Part shown: piece after piece, positions 9,289 through 21,651 of the stretch | Layout: every line of letters begins with the position of its first letter | How positions within the stretch are numbered: position 1 is the stretch's first letter | Assembly: GCF_004010195.1 (NCBI RefSeq) | Contig: NC_057720.1 | Coordinates: 22,530,665-22,576,198 of the forward strand | Reading direction: 5' to 3' | Source: Chiloscyllium plagiosum | Taxonomy: Eukaryota | DNA length: 45,534 nt | The notes under the pieces: generated by a model | What the model was told of the DNA's origin: nothing | Databases searched by the model: none | What the model saw: only the letters and a program-made list of their open reading frames with translations | Translations under genes and position numbers: made by a program

Positions 9289-11209
9289 AATATATATAGT
9301 ATATTGTTTTTCACTCATTACTATTAAGTAGTTTAGACACCTATATCATTATTATGTGTGAAAGATATTATGCAATTGGTCATGGAATTGTTGTTCCTCA
9401 AATACTGTAGTCTCTCTTAATAACATGGTCAAATATATAAATATAAATCACAATACAAGGTTAGTTACGCTACTAAAACATAGATTGTGAATTAAGAAAT
9501 AACCAAACTTGAAGCTTACATGTGAAAGATAAGGAAATAAAACTATTTTAAATATATGAAAAACAACTACAAATTTTGTTTCTAATCTACTTTCTTTTTT
9601 AAAAGGCATTTTTTAAATCTTAAAATTCTTTGCTGAAGTATAAATTAGAATAAGAAAAAATTACCTTGGTGCAGACTTTTTTTTAAGACAAAGGCTCTAA
9701 AAGCATCAGCTTATTAGAGCTTTAACAGTCGAGACATCTCACATTGCAAAGGCAGCATCAGTGGTACATAATAAAACAGCAATGACCATGCATTATTTTA
9801 AGTGACAAGCTGTATGAATATTGAATAGTGAGTGGGTTTCCTTTTGTGGCTCATGTAGTTCTCTGGAAAAGATCCGTTTTAATGAGCAATCAAACTATTG
9901 CAGTATATTTTTGAAAAATACTTCATTTGGGAATTGGTAACTGACAACTAGATATGCATATGTACCTGTTAATATGCTAATGAAATAGGGGATGTGTTCT
10001 TATTTTCCTCCAGTCAATTAATCCAATCATTCAAAGTCCACCTGAAATTCTCTACATGAACATAATTGGCATCAAGTCTTGAAAGGAGGATAAAGATAAT
10101 TAATCTACAATTTTAAATCAGATGAAAAGTAATAGGCTGCAGATAATTGATCAGTTAAAACAGTAATCAGTAGGATTAATTAAAACTGTAATATCTCTTA
10201 ACTTGTACATTATGTTATGGGGCATCTCCATTAAAACATATCTAGCACTGACATATGCCACCAACAAGTAGTTGCATCAGTTTACATGCTGCTGTTGGAA
10301 CTAAAATAAAATATGACTCTTACATTTACTTATTTGCATGCAAGTAATCTGCCTTAAAAATATGGAGACTGAACTGGAGATTCTCCAAAACTGAATGGAA
10401 ACTAGAAATTTCTGGAGAAACTCAGCAGGTCTAGCAGCATTTGTGGAGAGAAAGCAGAGTTCACGTTTTGGGTCCAGCGACTCTTCATCAGAACTGACTT
10501 TGGCTAGGAAAAGGTTGGGATATATGTTGTAGATGGGGTGAGGGGAGGGGGCAGGAGTCAGCATTAGATGCCCAACTGCTGTTCTTTCTCTTTGAGTTCC
10601 AGCTCCAACTCTTGTTTACTCCTTGTCCCTCCCCTGCCCCACCTTCAGGATTTATAGCAATCATTGCCCAGCTACACTGGACCCAAAATGTTGGCTCTGC
10701 TTTCTGTTCCTAGATGCAGCCAGAGCTGCTGAATTTCTCCAGTAGTTTCTGTTTTGGATTTTCAACATCCGCAGTCTTTGGTTTCTCCGAAAGAAAAGGT
10801 TGGGATCGCATTAGGGAATTAATCCTTTGCAATTATCACAAAGAAAGCAGTATGGGACCTTTGTCCTCCTAATTATTTTAATTTCTCCAGTGTCCAGCCA
10901 GCGTTAATCATACTGTTCATTGACCAGAATTATCAGCCAGGCAGCAATGATGTGAGTGCCTGATACTGATTAAAGCTAGAGTCAAGATTAGAGTGGTGCT
11001 GAAAAAGCACAGCAGGTCAGGCAGCATCCAAGGAACAGGAAAATTGACGTTTCAGGCAAAAGCCCTTCATCAGGAATGAGAACTGATTAAAGCTAGTCAG
11101 CATCCTTTAAAGAAAGTAAAAGAGAGATCATAACACATTTTTATAATCATGCATGAGATTATGCTGAACTGCGAAACATGGCACAACATGCATAACAGTG
11201 AGCGCCAAG
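9288..11209 (+). repeat. Copy 2 of the ~1.9 kb duplication
   Basis: Matches 6469-8479, offset 2819 before and 2730 after the 88-bp indel. Confidence 0.97.
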
Positions 11210-11405
11210 ATTTTTGGATCAGGTTGGCCTTGGCAAAGAAGCTATAAAAGGACAAGACACGTGCTGTAGCTGTAGGAAGTCAGGAGGTCCTCCAAATAAA
11301 TGCTCAAAAGGCAAAGAGCTAAAGAGTTGAATGCAATGAGTCAATCGCCAAGTACATGGATTCAGTGAAGCAAGAAGTTCAATAACTTCACACAGGTGTT
11401 CATTG
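11178..11405 (+). pseudogene. Decayed Myb/SANT-like DNA-binding ORF of a PIF/Harbinger transposon
   Basis: Manual translation gives MAQHA*Q*APRFLD ... AKELNAMSQSPSTWIQ*SKKFNNFTQV, matching the RAPRFS...R(T/S)WxQCRKKFNDL pattern of Harbinger Myb-like proteins. Contains stops and frameshifts. Confidence 0.7.
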
Positions 11406-11889
11406 TCAGCGAGTGCATCTTTGAATTCCATATCTCACCAATTGGATGCAAAGTGCTCAAATCACCACACTCTGTCTCACTTAGCAACCATTTCTATCCA
11501 ATCATCAATTTCAATCCCTATAAATCAGGATAAATCTGGGATCGAGCTCAAGTAGTTGAATGGCCTACTCCTATACCTCTATTGTTATGATCCATTTCCA
11601 AAATGCATACGCTTCATTGCACCCTAAAGCATTTTTAGATTTCCAAGTACAGAGTACAGTGAGAAGTATATAATGTCATCACACATGACACCATCTTAGG
11701 TACAAAGGTACCTATGCACAAAAAAACTTTGGCATTTAGCCTTGCTGCAGGTCTCACACCCGCATCTCACAGCTTGCACACACTGTCAGTTATTCAACCA
11801 TCATACTTGCATTTAGCCAATTGATCGCATAACACACTTCCCTCTCTACTGCAGCATACACACAACTAAAGGTAGCAATGCAATAATCT

Positions 11890-12155
11890 GTAATTGCACC
11901 TTTAATAGAATAAAGCTTCCTCAGGCACATCACAAAGGGATTCAAAAATAAAAATATGTCTCCGAACTAAGGAGGTAATAGGACAGGTGACCAAAAAGCT
12001 TAGTCAAAGAGAGAGATTCTAAGGACATCTTAGAGCAATGTTGAGGTGGAAATGACTTAGTTTGCAGATTCCAGAGTTTACTGCCTAGGCAACTAAAGGT
12101 TCAGCTATTCAAAAGTGCAACAGTAAAAGAAATTGCTCAAGAGGCCAGAATTAGA
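11890..12155 (-). mobile_element. L2 LINE 3' fragment
   Basis: gcacctttaat...ggacaggtgaccaaaaagcttagtcaaagag...ttccagagttt..gcctaggcaactaaagg resembles the recalled shark L2 3' end. Confidence 0.7.
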
Positions 12156-12429
12156 TCTTCCTTTTAACAGCCTGTCCTTATCTTTGTGGTCTCTATTTAC
12201 TCTGCAGGTCATGCTGCATGCCAAGAGGAAATATGAAAGGATCTGGACTGAATTATCTCGTGCAGAACCTTGAAACCAGCAACAAGTCCTTTGGTTGCCA
12301 TCATATCACTCCCCTATTAACATCTGTAACTTTAATCAACTTTAGAAGGTAACAAATTTGCAGAATCAAAGTAATAACCAGAAGAAGTCACCCAGAATCT
12401 AACATCTGAGTGGTTGGTGATGGTGTGAA

Positions 12430-12670
12430 ATTGTGCTGGTAATGGGCACATTCTTCCTATTACCGAAGATGTGTACAATTGCATCAGCTTACAAGGTGTT
12501 AGCTCGGATGTTAATCTCCAAAACAGCACCTCTACCATCAAAACGGTGTCTCATGCTGATGATCTAACCCTGTATATTTCCGGTTATCATTCATTGTCTC
12601 TGTTTTAATAGTCTCACCATTTTGACAACTTGCAATTCCATGTTCACTACTCTGGAGCCGAAAGAGTCAT
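12430..12670 (+). pseudogene. Highly decayed L1/Tx1-like reverse transcriptase fragment
   Basis: STIKTVSHADDLTLYIS (YADD-like) at ~12531-12581, preceded by a NGH..PIT..V..C segment reminiscent of NG...GVRQGCPLS and followed by SGA. Confidence 0.4.
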
Positions 12671-12769
12671 AGTATTGAGAAAAATGGATGCTAATGAGAC
12701 TAATTTCTTACCACAATTGCATAGAGATCAATTCTAAACACGGAGAATGCAAGAAAAATAAGAATTGTT

Positions 12770-12965
12770 TTTCTGCTGGTGTTAGCTGAAGGACATTGTT
12801 GGACTGGACAAGTACATGTTTCCTGCAGCCATTTGAATAATGCCATATCCACCTGAACAGGCATCAAGGCTTCAGTTTAAGATGACTTCTTCACCACCAC
12901 ACTGAAGTGTCATCTTGATTATCTACTTCAATCCTGGAGTAATACTTGAACCCACAACCATCTCA
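12770..12965 (-). mobile_element. Deu-domain tRNA SINE (SacSINE1-like) remnant
   Basis: ttgaataatgccat..ccacctgaacaggca...actgaagtgtca...gattat...cttgaacccacaacc, including a B-box on the minus strand. Confidence 0.65.
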
Positions 12966-15592
12966 CACAAACATAAACGTATGATCAACAGAACTAAGCT
13001 AATACCTGTCACAAACTGTATTAACCTTGAAGTGATCAATTCTGTTTTTAATATTTCCTTCACCATGTAGAAGTAAAATAAAAAGATTGTCCAACCCTTG
13101 TGCATTACAGGATGATGTAACTGATTGATCAAGTTACTAAATTAACAAATACAGTGAGACTGATCTATTCATCAATCCTAAAATTGCCAAAATCGTAATT
13201 AACTGCCTGTGACTACAGACAATGTTTGCAATTCCAATTAAAATAACTTGTAATAATTTATGAGTATATCAAATGTGCAATGTTTACCATGCATCCAATC
13301 ATCTTGTGTATAATGCTGCATTCTCCAATACTTACAGAAATTTCTGACGCACCATGCCAAAACATCAATTTGATATTGATTATGGTTTTGACTCTATGAG
13401 TTGAGTCTTCAAAGAATACACTGAAGCTGATAATATGTTAATATTGTCACATTAGATAGAATATTACAACACATATCAGTAAATGACTAATACAGAGTGT
13501 ATCAAAATCAGGTGGTGCTCACCATACTGCACATGAATCATTTATTAAGATATACAAGGGATTCAAAAATAAGCTCATTGATTTTTTAAAAAAATCAATA
13601 TAGTTGTAAATAAGGTCAAAATAAGGGTGATGGCAAAATGTTACATCATTACAGGGAATAAGAGACAAATAGATCAAATGCAAAATGTTTTCATGTATTC
13701 AAAGAAGTTGACTAGTAGGTCAGTCAACTTATGCTAGCTTTTTTGGAAGATATATCCACTTTCTGAATTCTTGCAATTGTAAATTGCAATTGTCAAGCAA
13801 TTGTAAATTCTAACCTGACCTGTATTTTGCATGATATAATGGAATGGGTTTTACCAGCTCTGTGGGAAAGGACTGGGAAGTGGGGTGCTCAGAAAATGGC
13901 TTCTAAGGTTAGTTTTGAATTTTTAAGAATATGTTATTTGATGATGCATTCACATATCTTGGCCATTAATGTGTGGCCATTAAACTTCCTGCAGGTCCAG
14001 ATCTTCAGGCTACACTACTTGCACTGGCTGCAGTTCTCACTGTCTTGGCACCACAGTAGAGAAACTTTAAACATGCTGTTGAGCTCTACTCACTTTTCGT
14101 GCAAGTGACACATGCTGCATCAGTTACTTTTAGTTCGGTTGCTGCCAGAATGCGCCTTCCTTGAAACAGTACAGTCTGGCTTTAGGTACAGCAGTTCTTA
14201 GTAGCCTCACAGTAACTTGAACATCCTGCTGAGGTGTGCAGCCACTCAACAGGATACGTCATACAATCTGCATGCTACAAGCATTTAAATTAGCAGACAA
14301 CATGAAGTTACTGTGCTGCCTGCATCATGACAAATCAGGGAGGGTAATTTGCTTATTGTGATCCCTGTCCCTGTGTTCAAGTCTTTTCCAACTTTTCCTT
14401 TATCCGTTTCTGGAAAACTGGAATAGCCTGGAGAGGTAATTTTGGTTTGCTATGTAGATGAAAGTACTTTTCATTTTAAACCAATTAAAAACTATTAAGT
14501 GAAATAAGCACAACAAGACTGCATCAGTAGAGCTGATACTAAAGCAAATGAAATATGCAAAGAGTGCAAAAATAGCTTTGACAATTTGATGATTTCAATA
14601 ATTTTGTCCTTTTTTACAAAAACATTCAGCTATTGTGATCCAGTTGTTTTTCCTTTAATTACTTCATTACATTTATCAATTCTCAATCACATCTACTGTG
14701 TATGTTATCTGTGGCTGAAGTTTGTAACTAATATTCTTAATATCGCCAGGTACACAGCAACCTAATTTTTTTTTAAAGATTTCAAGCTCAATCATGCGTC
14801 ATAAAAATTAAGCATTGCTCAAAAAAGGAAAAAAAAAGGAAAGGTTGAAAATTACATCCAACCCTCCAAATAAGAAAATGTATATTCCGCACAGACCACT
14901 GTGGAGGGTAAGACTTGCAACCTTTCGAAAATCTCAAATGGAGACATCTGGTGGGATACTGCATGTGGCTTCTGGGTTATGTTCTCCAGGGGCTTGTGAC
15001 AGCTGTGAATGTTGTCATGGTGACAAATTCTTCCAGCAGTTTTGAGTTACACACAGGTCATTGTTGTTTGGCTTTGACTCAGAATCCATCAGCAGGAGGG
15101 CAGCCTCTGTGGGGAAGAACAAAAGTAGTCGCCACAGGAAAAGTCAGGACATCTGATGTCTCACTTGAGACAGCGCAGAAAGGAAAATTCAGGAAATAAA
15201 TAAGGCCACTAAACACTGAGCAAGACCTCAGGCAACACAACATTTTTCACTGTTTTCTATTTAAAAGAAGAAATTTGGACAGCATGGTATGTTCACAATT
15301 GAAGCATCGATGTTGTAAATTCGAAATTCTCCTTCCAGTCATATTTTATATGTTAGTTGACTGTGCAGTGCCAAAAATTACTAGATGAAAAATTCTTACA
15401 ATACACAATATCATTAATTTTGTGTGAAGTTCAGAGAGCTAAATCATTAAGGCCGGCATTTTAAGCAGACGAGATGACTCTACCTACCAGATGGAAAGGT
15501 GGGGACAGGCCCCTGAAGTCAATTCCGTCCCCATGAGGCAGTATGTCTCACTGCTGTAACCAGACAAGGCATAAGAGTGGAGGCTGGAGAAT

Positions 15593-16135
15593 CCAAAATT
15601 GGACATGTAGTGGACAGCAAAGAAAGTTACCTCAGACTACAATAGGATCTTGATCAGAATGGGTCAATGGGCCGAGGAGTTGCTGAAGGAAATTAATTTA
15701 GATAAGTGCAAGGTGCTGCTCTTTGGAAAGGCAAATCAGGACAGGACTGACACATTCAATGGTAAGGTCCTGGGGAGTGTTGCTGAACAAAGAGGCCTTG
15801 GAGTGCAGGTTCATAGTTTCTTGGAAGTGGGAGTCACAGGTAGATAGGATAGTGAAGAAGACATTTGGTATGCTTTCTTTATTGGTCAGTGCATGAGTTG
15901 GGAGGTCATGTTGTGGCTGTACAAGACATTGATTAAGCTACTTTTGGAATACTGTGTTCAGTTCTATAAGAAAGATGTTGTGAAACTTGAAAGGGTGCAG
16001 AAAAGGATGTTGCCAGGGTTGGAGGCCTTGAGCTATAAGGAGAGGCTGCTCAGGCTGGGGCTATTTTCTCTGGAGTGTTGGAGACTGAGGGGTGACCTTA
16101 TATAGGTTTATAAAATCATGAGGGTCAAGGATAGG
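15593..16135 (+). mobile_element. CR1 LINE RT/C-terminal fragment
   Basis: MGQWAEE..INLDKCKVLLFGKAN and VMLWLYKTLIKLLLEYCVQF...LERVQKR...RLRGDLI. Confidence 0.93.
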
Positions 16136-16149
16136 GGCAATGGGGCAAT

Positions 16150-16354
16150 ATTTACTGTGTGGGAACTGGAGGTTCAGATTGAGAGGCTTGGGAAAGGAAG
16201 GCCATTCTCTTTCCTCAGGATTACCAGAGGGGGCCCAGCAGTGAACCCTGTCAGCCTGGTCTGAGTTTGCCAGCTGAGCCAGTGTGCCCTTCACAGTCCA
16301 GAGGAATACCCAGCAGTGCAGGAAGGAGGTTAATAACTTTCTGCTCTTTGTCAG
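16150..16354 (+). pseudogene. Harbinger Myb/SANT-like domain exon with intact splice donor
   Basis: FTVWELEVQIERLG/KAILFPQDYQRGP../AWSEFAS*ASVPFTVQRNTQQCRKEVNNFLLFVR followed by AGG|GTGAGT. Confidence 0.75.
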
Positions 16355-17369
16355 GGTGAGTGCCACCACCTTCTCTCCACTCCCTCGCACTCACCCTAAC
16401 GCTGTTACTACACCGATATCTCTCCGTGTCTCACACTCTACCATCCTCAATATCGCATGCAGCATCTTCTCTCATCCTTACGCACCCCAACACCTGCCCA
16501 GACTATTGAACCCTTCCTGTCTTCTGAGCTGCCTATTCCCTCACTTGAGACACCTCACCACCTTTTGCCCTCCTGCACCAGCACTAACAGCTGTGCCAGA
16601 CCTCCAAGTCCCATCAGCCAAGGAAGAAGCATTGCCAAGTGCTGCACTGTTCTCTCCCATTAACATCACTGTAAATGGATTCTTAACATGCTCAAGCTCT
16701 ATCCCTATTTCAAAAACTATTCTCTCCCATCTCCTTCAGACACTAGTGGGATCTGCAGATTATCCACCATACAGCCCCTCAAGGCATCATCTGCTCCTTC
16801 ACCATTGAGGAATAAGCCAGAGATCACTCAAAGGAAGTAGTGACAAGGTTTGCTCTTGCATCCTCACCCAGCTCAGATACTGAGACTTTGGTGGGGGTCT
16901 GGAGCACATGTTGTTGAGCACATCATGTCGATGGCTCCACAACTGGTCAAGGAAGTAGTGCCACAGGCTACTGGCACTTGGAAGACTGTGAGAGACCAGG
17001 AAAATGCTCAGCCTCAAGCAGGAGTTAACCCCTTGGTGTAGGCCATGTGTGTGTTTTTTTTTTGCAAATGCACAAGAAGATACAGGAGCAACAGGCTGTG
17101 AGTCTGAGGCAGTGAACACTGGTTACCATTGAGAGCCAGGTCTAATACCCTCACTATCTGATGGATATATGTGCAGACCTACACTCCATCATTCTCACTG
17201 TCAGATGCATATACACACAGACATGCACTCCATTGCTTTAGCCATTGATACTTTGCACCAATGACAGGGTCACAGAGGATTGAGTTACCATGACGTCAAA
17301 TCAGATGCCCTTCCTTCTCAAAGAGACAGTCTGCTGTCAATAGACACCCAGAGAAAAAAATCATACACA

Positions 17370-18470
17370 GGCCCCATAGCACCTGAAAAAGATCCATTTA
17401 TTCCTACTCTCTGTTTCCCCTTAGCCAGCCAATCTTCTATTCATGCCAATATGCTACCCCTCCTCACCATCAGCTTCAATTTTCCCCAATAAACTTTGAC
17501 GTGGCACATTATCGAATACCTTCTGGAAATTTAAGTATAGTGCATCAAATTGTTCTCCTTTGTCCTCAGCATATCTCACTTTCTCAAAAAACTTCAATAG
17601 ATTGATCAAACATTATTTCCCCTTCACAAAACCATGTTGACTGTGTCTAATTACCTTGCTCTTCTCTAAATGCCCTGCTACATCATCATTAATAATAGCT
17701 TCAAATATTTTCCTAATGTCAGATGGTCAGCTAACTGGCCTGTCATTTCTATTTTTTCTGTCTCCCTCATTTTTTGAATAAAGGATTTACATTTGCTATC
17801 TTCCAATATAATGGGGCTTTCCTTGAATTTATGAAGTTTTGGAAAATTAAAACCAGTGCATCAATTCCTTCGGTAACTGCTTCTTCTAAGATTCTAGGAT
17901 GAAATCCATCAAGACTCAAGGAGTTCTTAGTTGGAGCTCTGTACATTTGCTCAGAACAATATCCCTGGTGATTGTAATTTTCCCAAGCTCTTTAGATTAG
18001 ATTACTTACAATGTGGAAACAGGCCCTTCAGCCCAACAAGTCCACACCAACCCGCCAAAGCGCAACCCACCCAGACCCATTCCCCTACATTTGCCCCTGC
18101 ACCTAATACTACGGGCAATTTAGCATGGCCAATTCACCTGACCTGCACATCTTCCCTCCCTTCCATTCCCTGATTTATAACTATACATGGGATGTTACTT
18201 GTACTTTCTTTAATGGAGACTGATGCAAGGAAGCTGTTCAATTCATCTTAATCTCCTTATTTTATATTGTTATTTCCCCAGACTCAATTTCTGTAAGATC
18301 AATACTCGCCATGTTCAACTCATTTTAAATGTTTATAGAAGTTTTTACAAAATGTTTTTATGTATCCAGCTAACTTTTGCTCTTGCTCTATTTTTTCAAT
18401 TCTTAATCTTTGAGTCAATCTTTCCAGTTTTTATATCCTGTCCAATCTTTTATCCTGTAACTTGCCTTTG
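17370..18470 (-). mobile_element. Old CR1 LINE ORF2 internal fragment, split by an HE1 SINE
   Basis: Minus-strand RT motifs: cacaaaaccatgttgact (SQHGFV), ctaactggcctg (RPVS), ttatcgaataccttctggaaat (FQKVFD). Confidence 0.8.
17992..18153 (-). mobile_element. 5'-truncated HE1-type SINE
   Basis: ttagattagattacttaca..tggaaacaggcccttc...gggcaatttagcatggccaattcacctgacctgcacatctt is the reverse complement of the 3' half of 31274-31582. Confidence 0.92.
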
Positions 18471-18546
18471 ACCTAGAAAATAACTGGCTATTTCACAACA
18501 TTTAAGAACAATGACTCTGATCTGTTCATACAGAAACGGGTCATGT

Positions 18547-19272
18547 TGGGCTAATGTTAAGATTTATGGTAGTGTAGATGAACAGAGAGATCTCGGCGTC
18601 CAGGTACATAGATCCTTGAAAGTTGCCACCCAGGTTGATAGGGTTGTTAAGAAGGCATACAGTGCGTTAGCTTTTATTGGTAGAAGGATTGAGTTTTGGA
18701 ACCATGAGATCATGCTGCAGCTGTACAAAACTCTGGTGCAGCTACACTTGGGGTAATGTGTACAGTTCTGGTCACCACATTATAGGAAGGACGTGGAAGC
18801 TTTGGAAAGGGTTCAAAGAAGATTTACTAGGATGTTGCCTGGTATAGAGGAAGGTCTTAGGAAAAAAGGTTGAGGGACTTGACGCTGTTCTCGTTACAGA
18901 GAAGAAGTTGAGAGGCGACTTAATTGAGACATATAATCAGACGGTTAGATAGGTTGGACAGTTAGACCCTTTTCCTTGGATGGTGATGGTTAGCACGAGG
19001 GGACATAGCTTTAAATTGAGGGGTGATAGATATAGGACAGATGTCAGAGGTAGTTTATTTACTCAGAGAGTAGTAGGGGCGTGGAACACACCGCCTGCAA
19101 CAGGAGTAGACTCGCCAACTTTAAGGGCATTTAAATGGTCATCGGATCAGCATATAGATGAGAACGGAATAGTGCAGGTTAGATGGGCTTCAGATTGGTT
19201 CCACAGGTTTGCGCAACATCGAGGGCCAAAGGGCCTGTACTGCGCTGTAACGTTCTATGTTCTATGTTCTAT
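18547..19272 (+). mobile_element. HER1/CR1 LINE 3' fragment
   Basis: GSVDEQRDLGVQVHRSLKVATQVDRVVKKAY and TRGHSFKLRGDRYRTDVRG, tail (GTTCTAT)x3. Confidence 0.95.
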
Positions 19273-20511
19273 CTATGGACAGAATGTCCACGTGAGGTTT
19301 CATTTTGATTGGCAAGTCTATACTGAGTCCACAGTAAAATACAGAAAGTTCAATTAAGAAGTCACTTGTACGCATTGGGCTGTGTAGAATCCTAACTACA
19401 TTTCATTATTAGTTGCAAACTGCCTTCACTGCAAGAAGTCATTAATATGGATAGTAACATAATAATGTCAGTCAGGGAAAAATCAAAGGACTACATTTAT
19501 TCTTTAATTGCATTTGAAGATTTTTAAAATTCCTTGAACAAGTTCTACCCTCTGAGAGCCTGACTTGTGAGTGATGGTGGATTGTTTGACAAGCAGGGAG
19601 AGTTCAGAGTGGAAAAGAGAAAATAATCTCGGTCATAACAAATTTATCTGATCAGGCATTAAAAGGTAGGAGCGTGCTATTTCCAACAGAATGGTTTGCA
19701 CACGCTTTAGTGGTTGCTGCTACAGTGCTATTATGGATGTTTTAGTAATATAAATTCATACTGAAACTCAATTTTATTCATTTTGACTACTAATTTGTAC
19801 CTTTTGTCAGCAAGAAGCAAATATTCTAATAATACATATGGAAGGTTCAATGTCTCAGACTTCTACTCACCTTTCATATTGCCACAGTGATTGGCAGGAT
19901 AAACTTGTCAACTGAACGCATTGTATGAAGTGCTCAATAGCTAAATGCTTTTTCAAATCATGCAGAAGTGAAATGAAAAATATTGCAATTTCAAACACTT
20001 GGCCAAAAATTCAAAGTATTGTATTATTAAATTTACACGTTCTTGACATTACAACTTTATTCAACTAGTCATCGACCCAACCATACTATTAACAGTGTTC
20101 TTTACTTACGCATATTTGATTTAGCTATTCAGCTGCTTTTGCAAAATGCTAGTGACATTGTTGTGATAAGCATGCTGAAATGTAAGTTTGTTTTTATAAT
20201 TTAGCCACTATCTGGAAAGCATAATTGCAAATACATGCTTTTAGCAAAAGATTAACACTGCTCTATAAAAAGCTGAATTACTAATTAGAGCCTGAAAATT
20301 ACTGAGGCCATCTCCTGGGACAAAATAATACTTTCACTTGTCTCAAGAAGCATTTCTGGACCTGCCCAAAATCCAGAAGTCAGGAAAATTTGCATGTACC
20401 AGATGAGCATCTGCACCAGATTTACCACAACTGTGTTGTCTGCTTCAGCAGGTGACTATGGTGAGGGAGATGAAGTATATTGATGTCTTTTGCTTATCCA
20501 AATTGTTAAAA

Positions 20512-20620
20512 ATATAGAAAGTAGAAGTGGAAGTAGACCATTCAGCTCTTCAAGGCTGCTTTGCTATTCATTATAATCAGGGCTGATCATCCAAATCAAT
20601 AGTCTGTTCCCCCTTTCCCT
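20512..20620 (-). mobile_element. Degenerate CR1 3' tail
   Basis: aagtagaccattcagctcttcaaggctgct...attca..ataatc.gggctgatc, a CR1 3'UTR-type motif. Confidence 0.65.
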
Positions 20621-21224
20621 ACTTAACAAGCCAAAGATTCTTGCAGAAGTCTGTAAAACTCTAATCCCTTACCATAATTAAATATCACGACAAAGAGAGC
20701 TTTGAGAAAGTCCTGCTTGTGACAGGATTCACGTCTTTATGTTGGTTTGGATGGGTTGTGAGAAGCACATGGTTGGCAAGTTTTCTAGCAGTTTCTGACA
20801 TCCTGATAACTTTTCACTGCTGTGCTATGTCCAATAAGTGGAAATGAAGTACCCCTCACTGCTAAAGCCATTTGAAACAAGCTAAAGAAAGAATCTTCCT
20901 TAATGGGTCCTTTCACAATGTGGCTCCAGAAACTAATTGTCTTATATCACTGGGACTCAGGAATTTCAGGGCTAATATTTCTTCTGCTTGTTGATTTGTT
21001 CAAACACCCTTTGATAATATTGTACTCGATCATGAGGAAGTAGGTTAGAAAGCAATCTGGTTTGATGTTCCTTCTGTTTCCTTTCTTTTCAATGCAGTTC
21101 AGTAATTTCACTGACGCAGGTCACCAATTTTATTGAAGCCAAAGACAGTTTTGGAAAGTCATACTTTCAGGAGCTGAGTCACCAGTCTCTCTTAACATTG
21201 AGTTATGCACAACGTAAAGCTCAG

Positions 21225-21505
21225 AAATAGAAACTTCAAGCCAAATGGTCTATCCTAGTGTTTATACACCACATGAGCATCCACTCACTCTCTTCATCTA
21301 ATCCCATCAGCATAACCATATTGACCTTTCTCGCTCAGGTAATTACCTCGCATTTCCCTGACAGCATATATTTATTGTGATAGTAAGTCCAACATGGTAA
21401 CCACTAACCGGATAAGAATGTTTCTCCTGAAATCCGTATTGGTTTTCTTAGGCACAAACTTATATTTATGGTGTTAAGGTTTGCTCTCTCCCACAAGTGG
21501 AAGTG
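21225..21505 (-). mobile_element. Old CR1-like 3' fragment
   Basis: taaccact...gataagaatgtttctcctgaa...ttatatttatg...ctcccacaagtggaa, a degenerate reverse of the GHKYK...RRNxFxQRVV region. Confidence 0.55.
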
Positions 21506-21651
21506 CCTTTTGTGAGGAGATATAAACACAAGGAAAGAGTGATGATCACCATGAATCAGATTGGAGGAACAGAGTATCAAAGTTTGTGCGAAGATTTGTA
21601 GCTCGGGTGCTCGTTGTTGTGGTTCTGTCCGCCGAGCTGGAAGTTTTTGTT

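Larger units (their letters stand above)
15451..17300 (+). mobile_element. PIF/Harbinger transposon remnant (left-TIR-like start plus Myb gene), interrupted by a CR1 fragment
   Basis: TAA then GGCCGGCATTTTA (TIR-like), Myb exon at ~16150-16354, and a downstream exon-like peptide SGAHVVEHIMSMAPQLVKEVVPQATGTWKTVRDQENAQPQAG (16850-17041). The right end was not found. Confidence 0.55.

Noticed and set aside
16284..16808. 174-aa ORF as a functional gene
   Set aside because: Only the first ~24 aa are Myb domain. The rest reads through the splice donor into intron-like sequence, and the upstream part has a stop and frameshifts.
19871..19940. Minus-strand exon candidate (IEHFIQCVQLTSLSCQSLWQYE, donor AG|GTGAGT)
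   Set aside because: Weak acceptor, unrecognised peptide and no partner exons.
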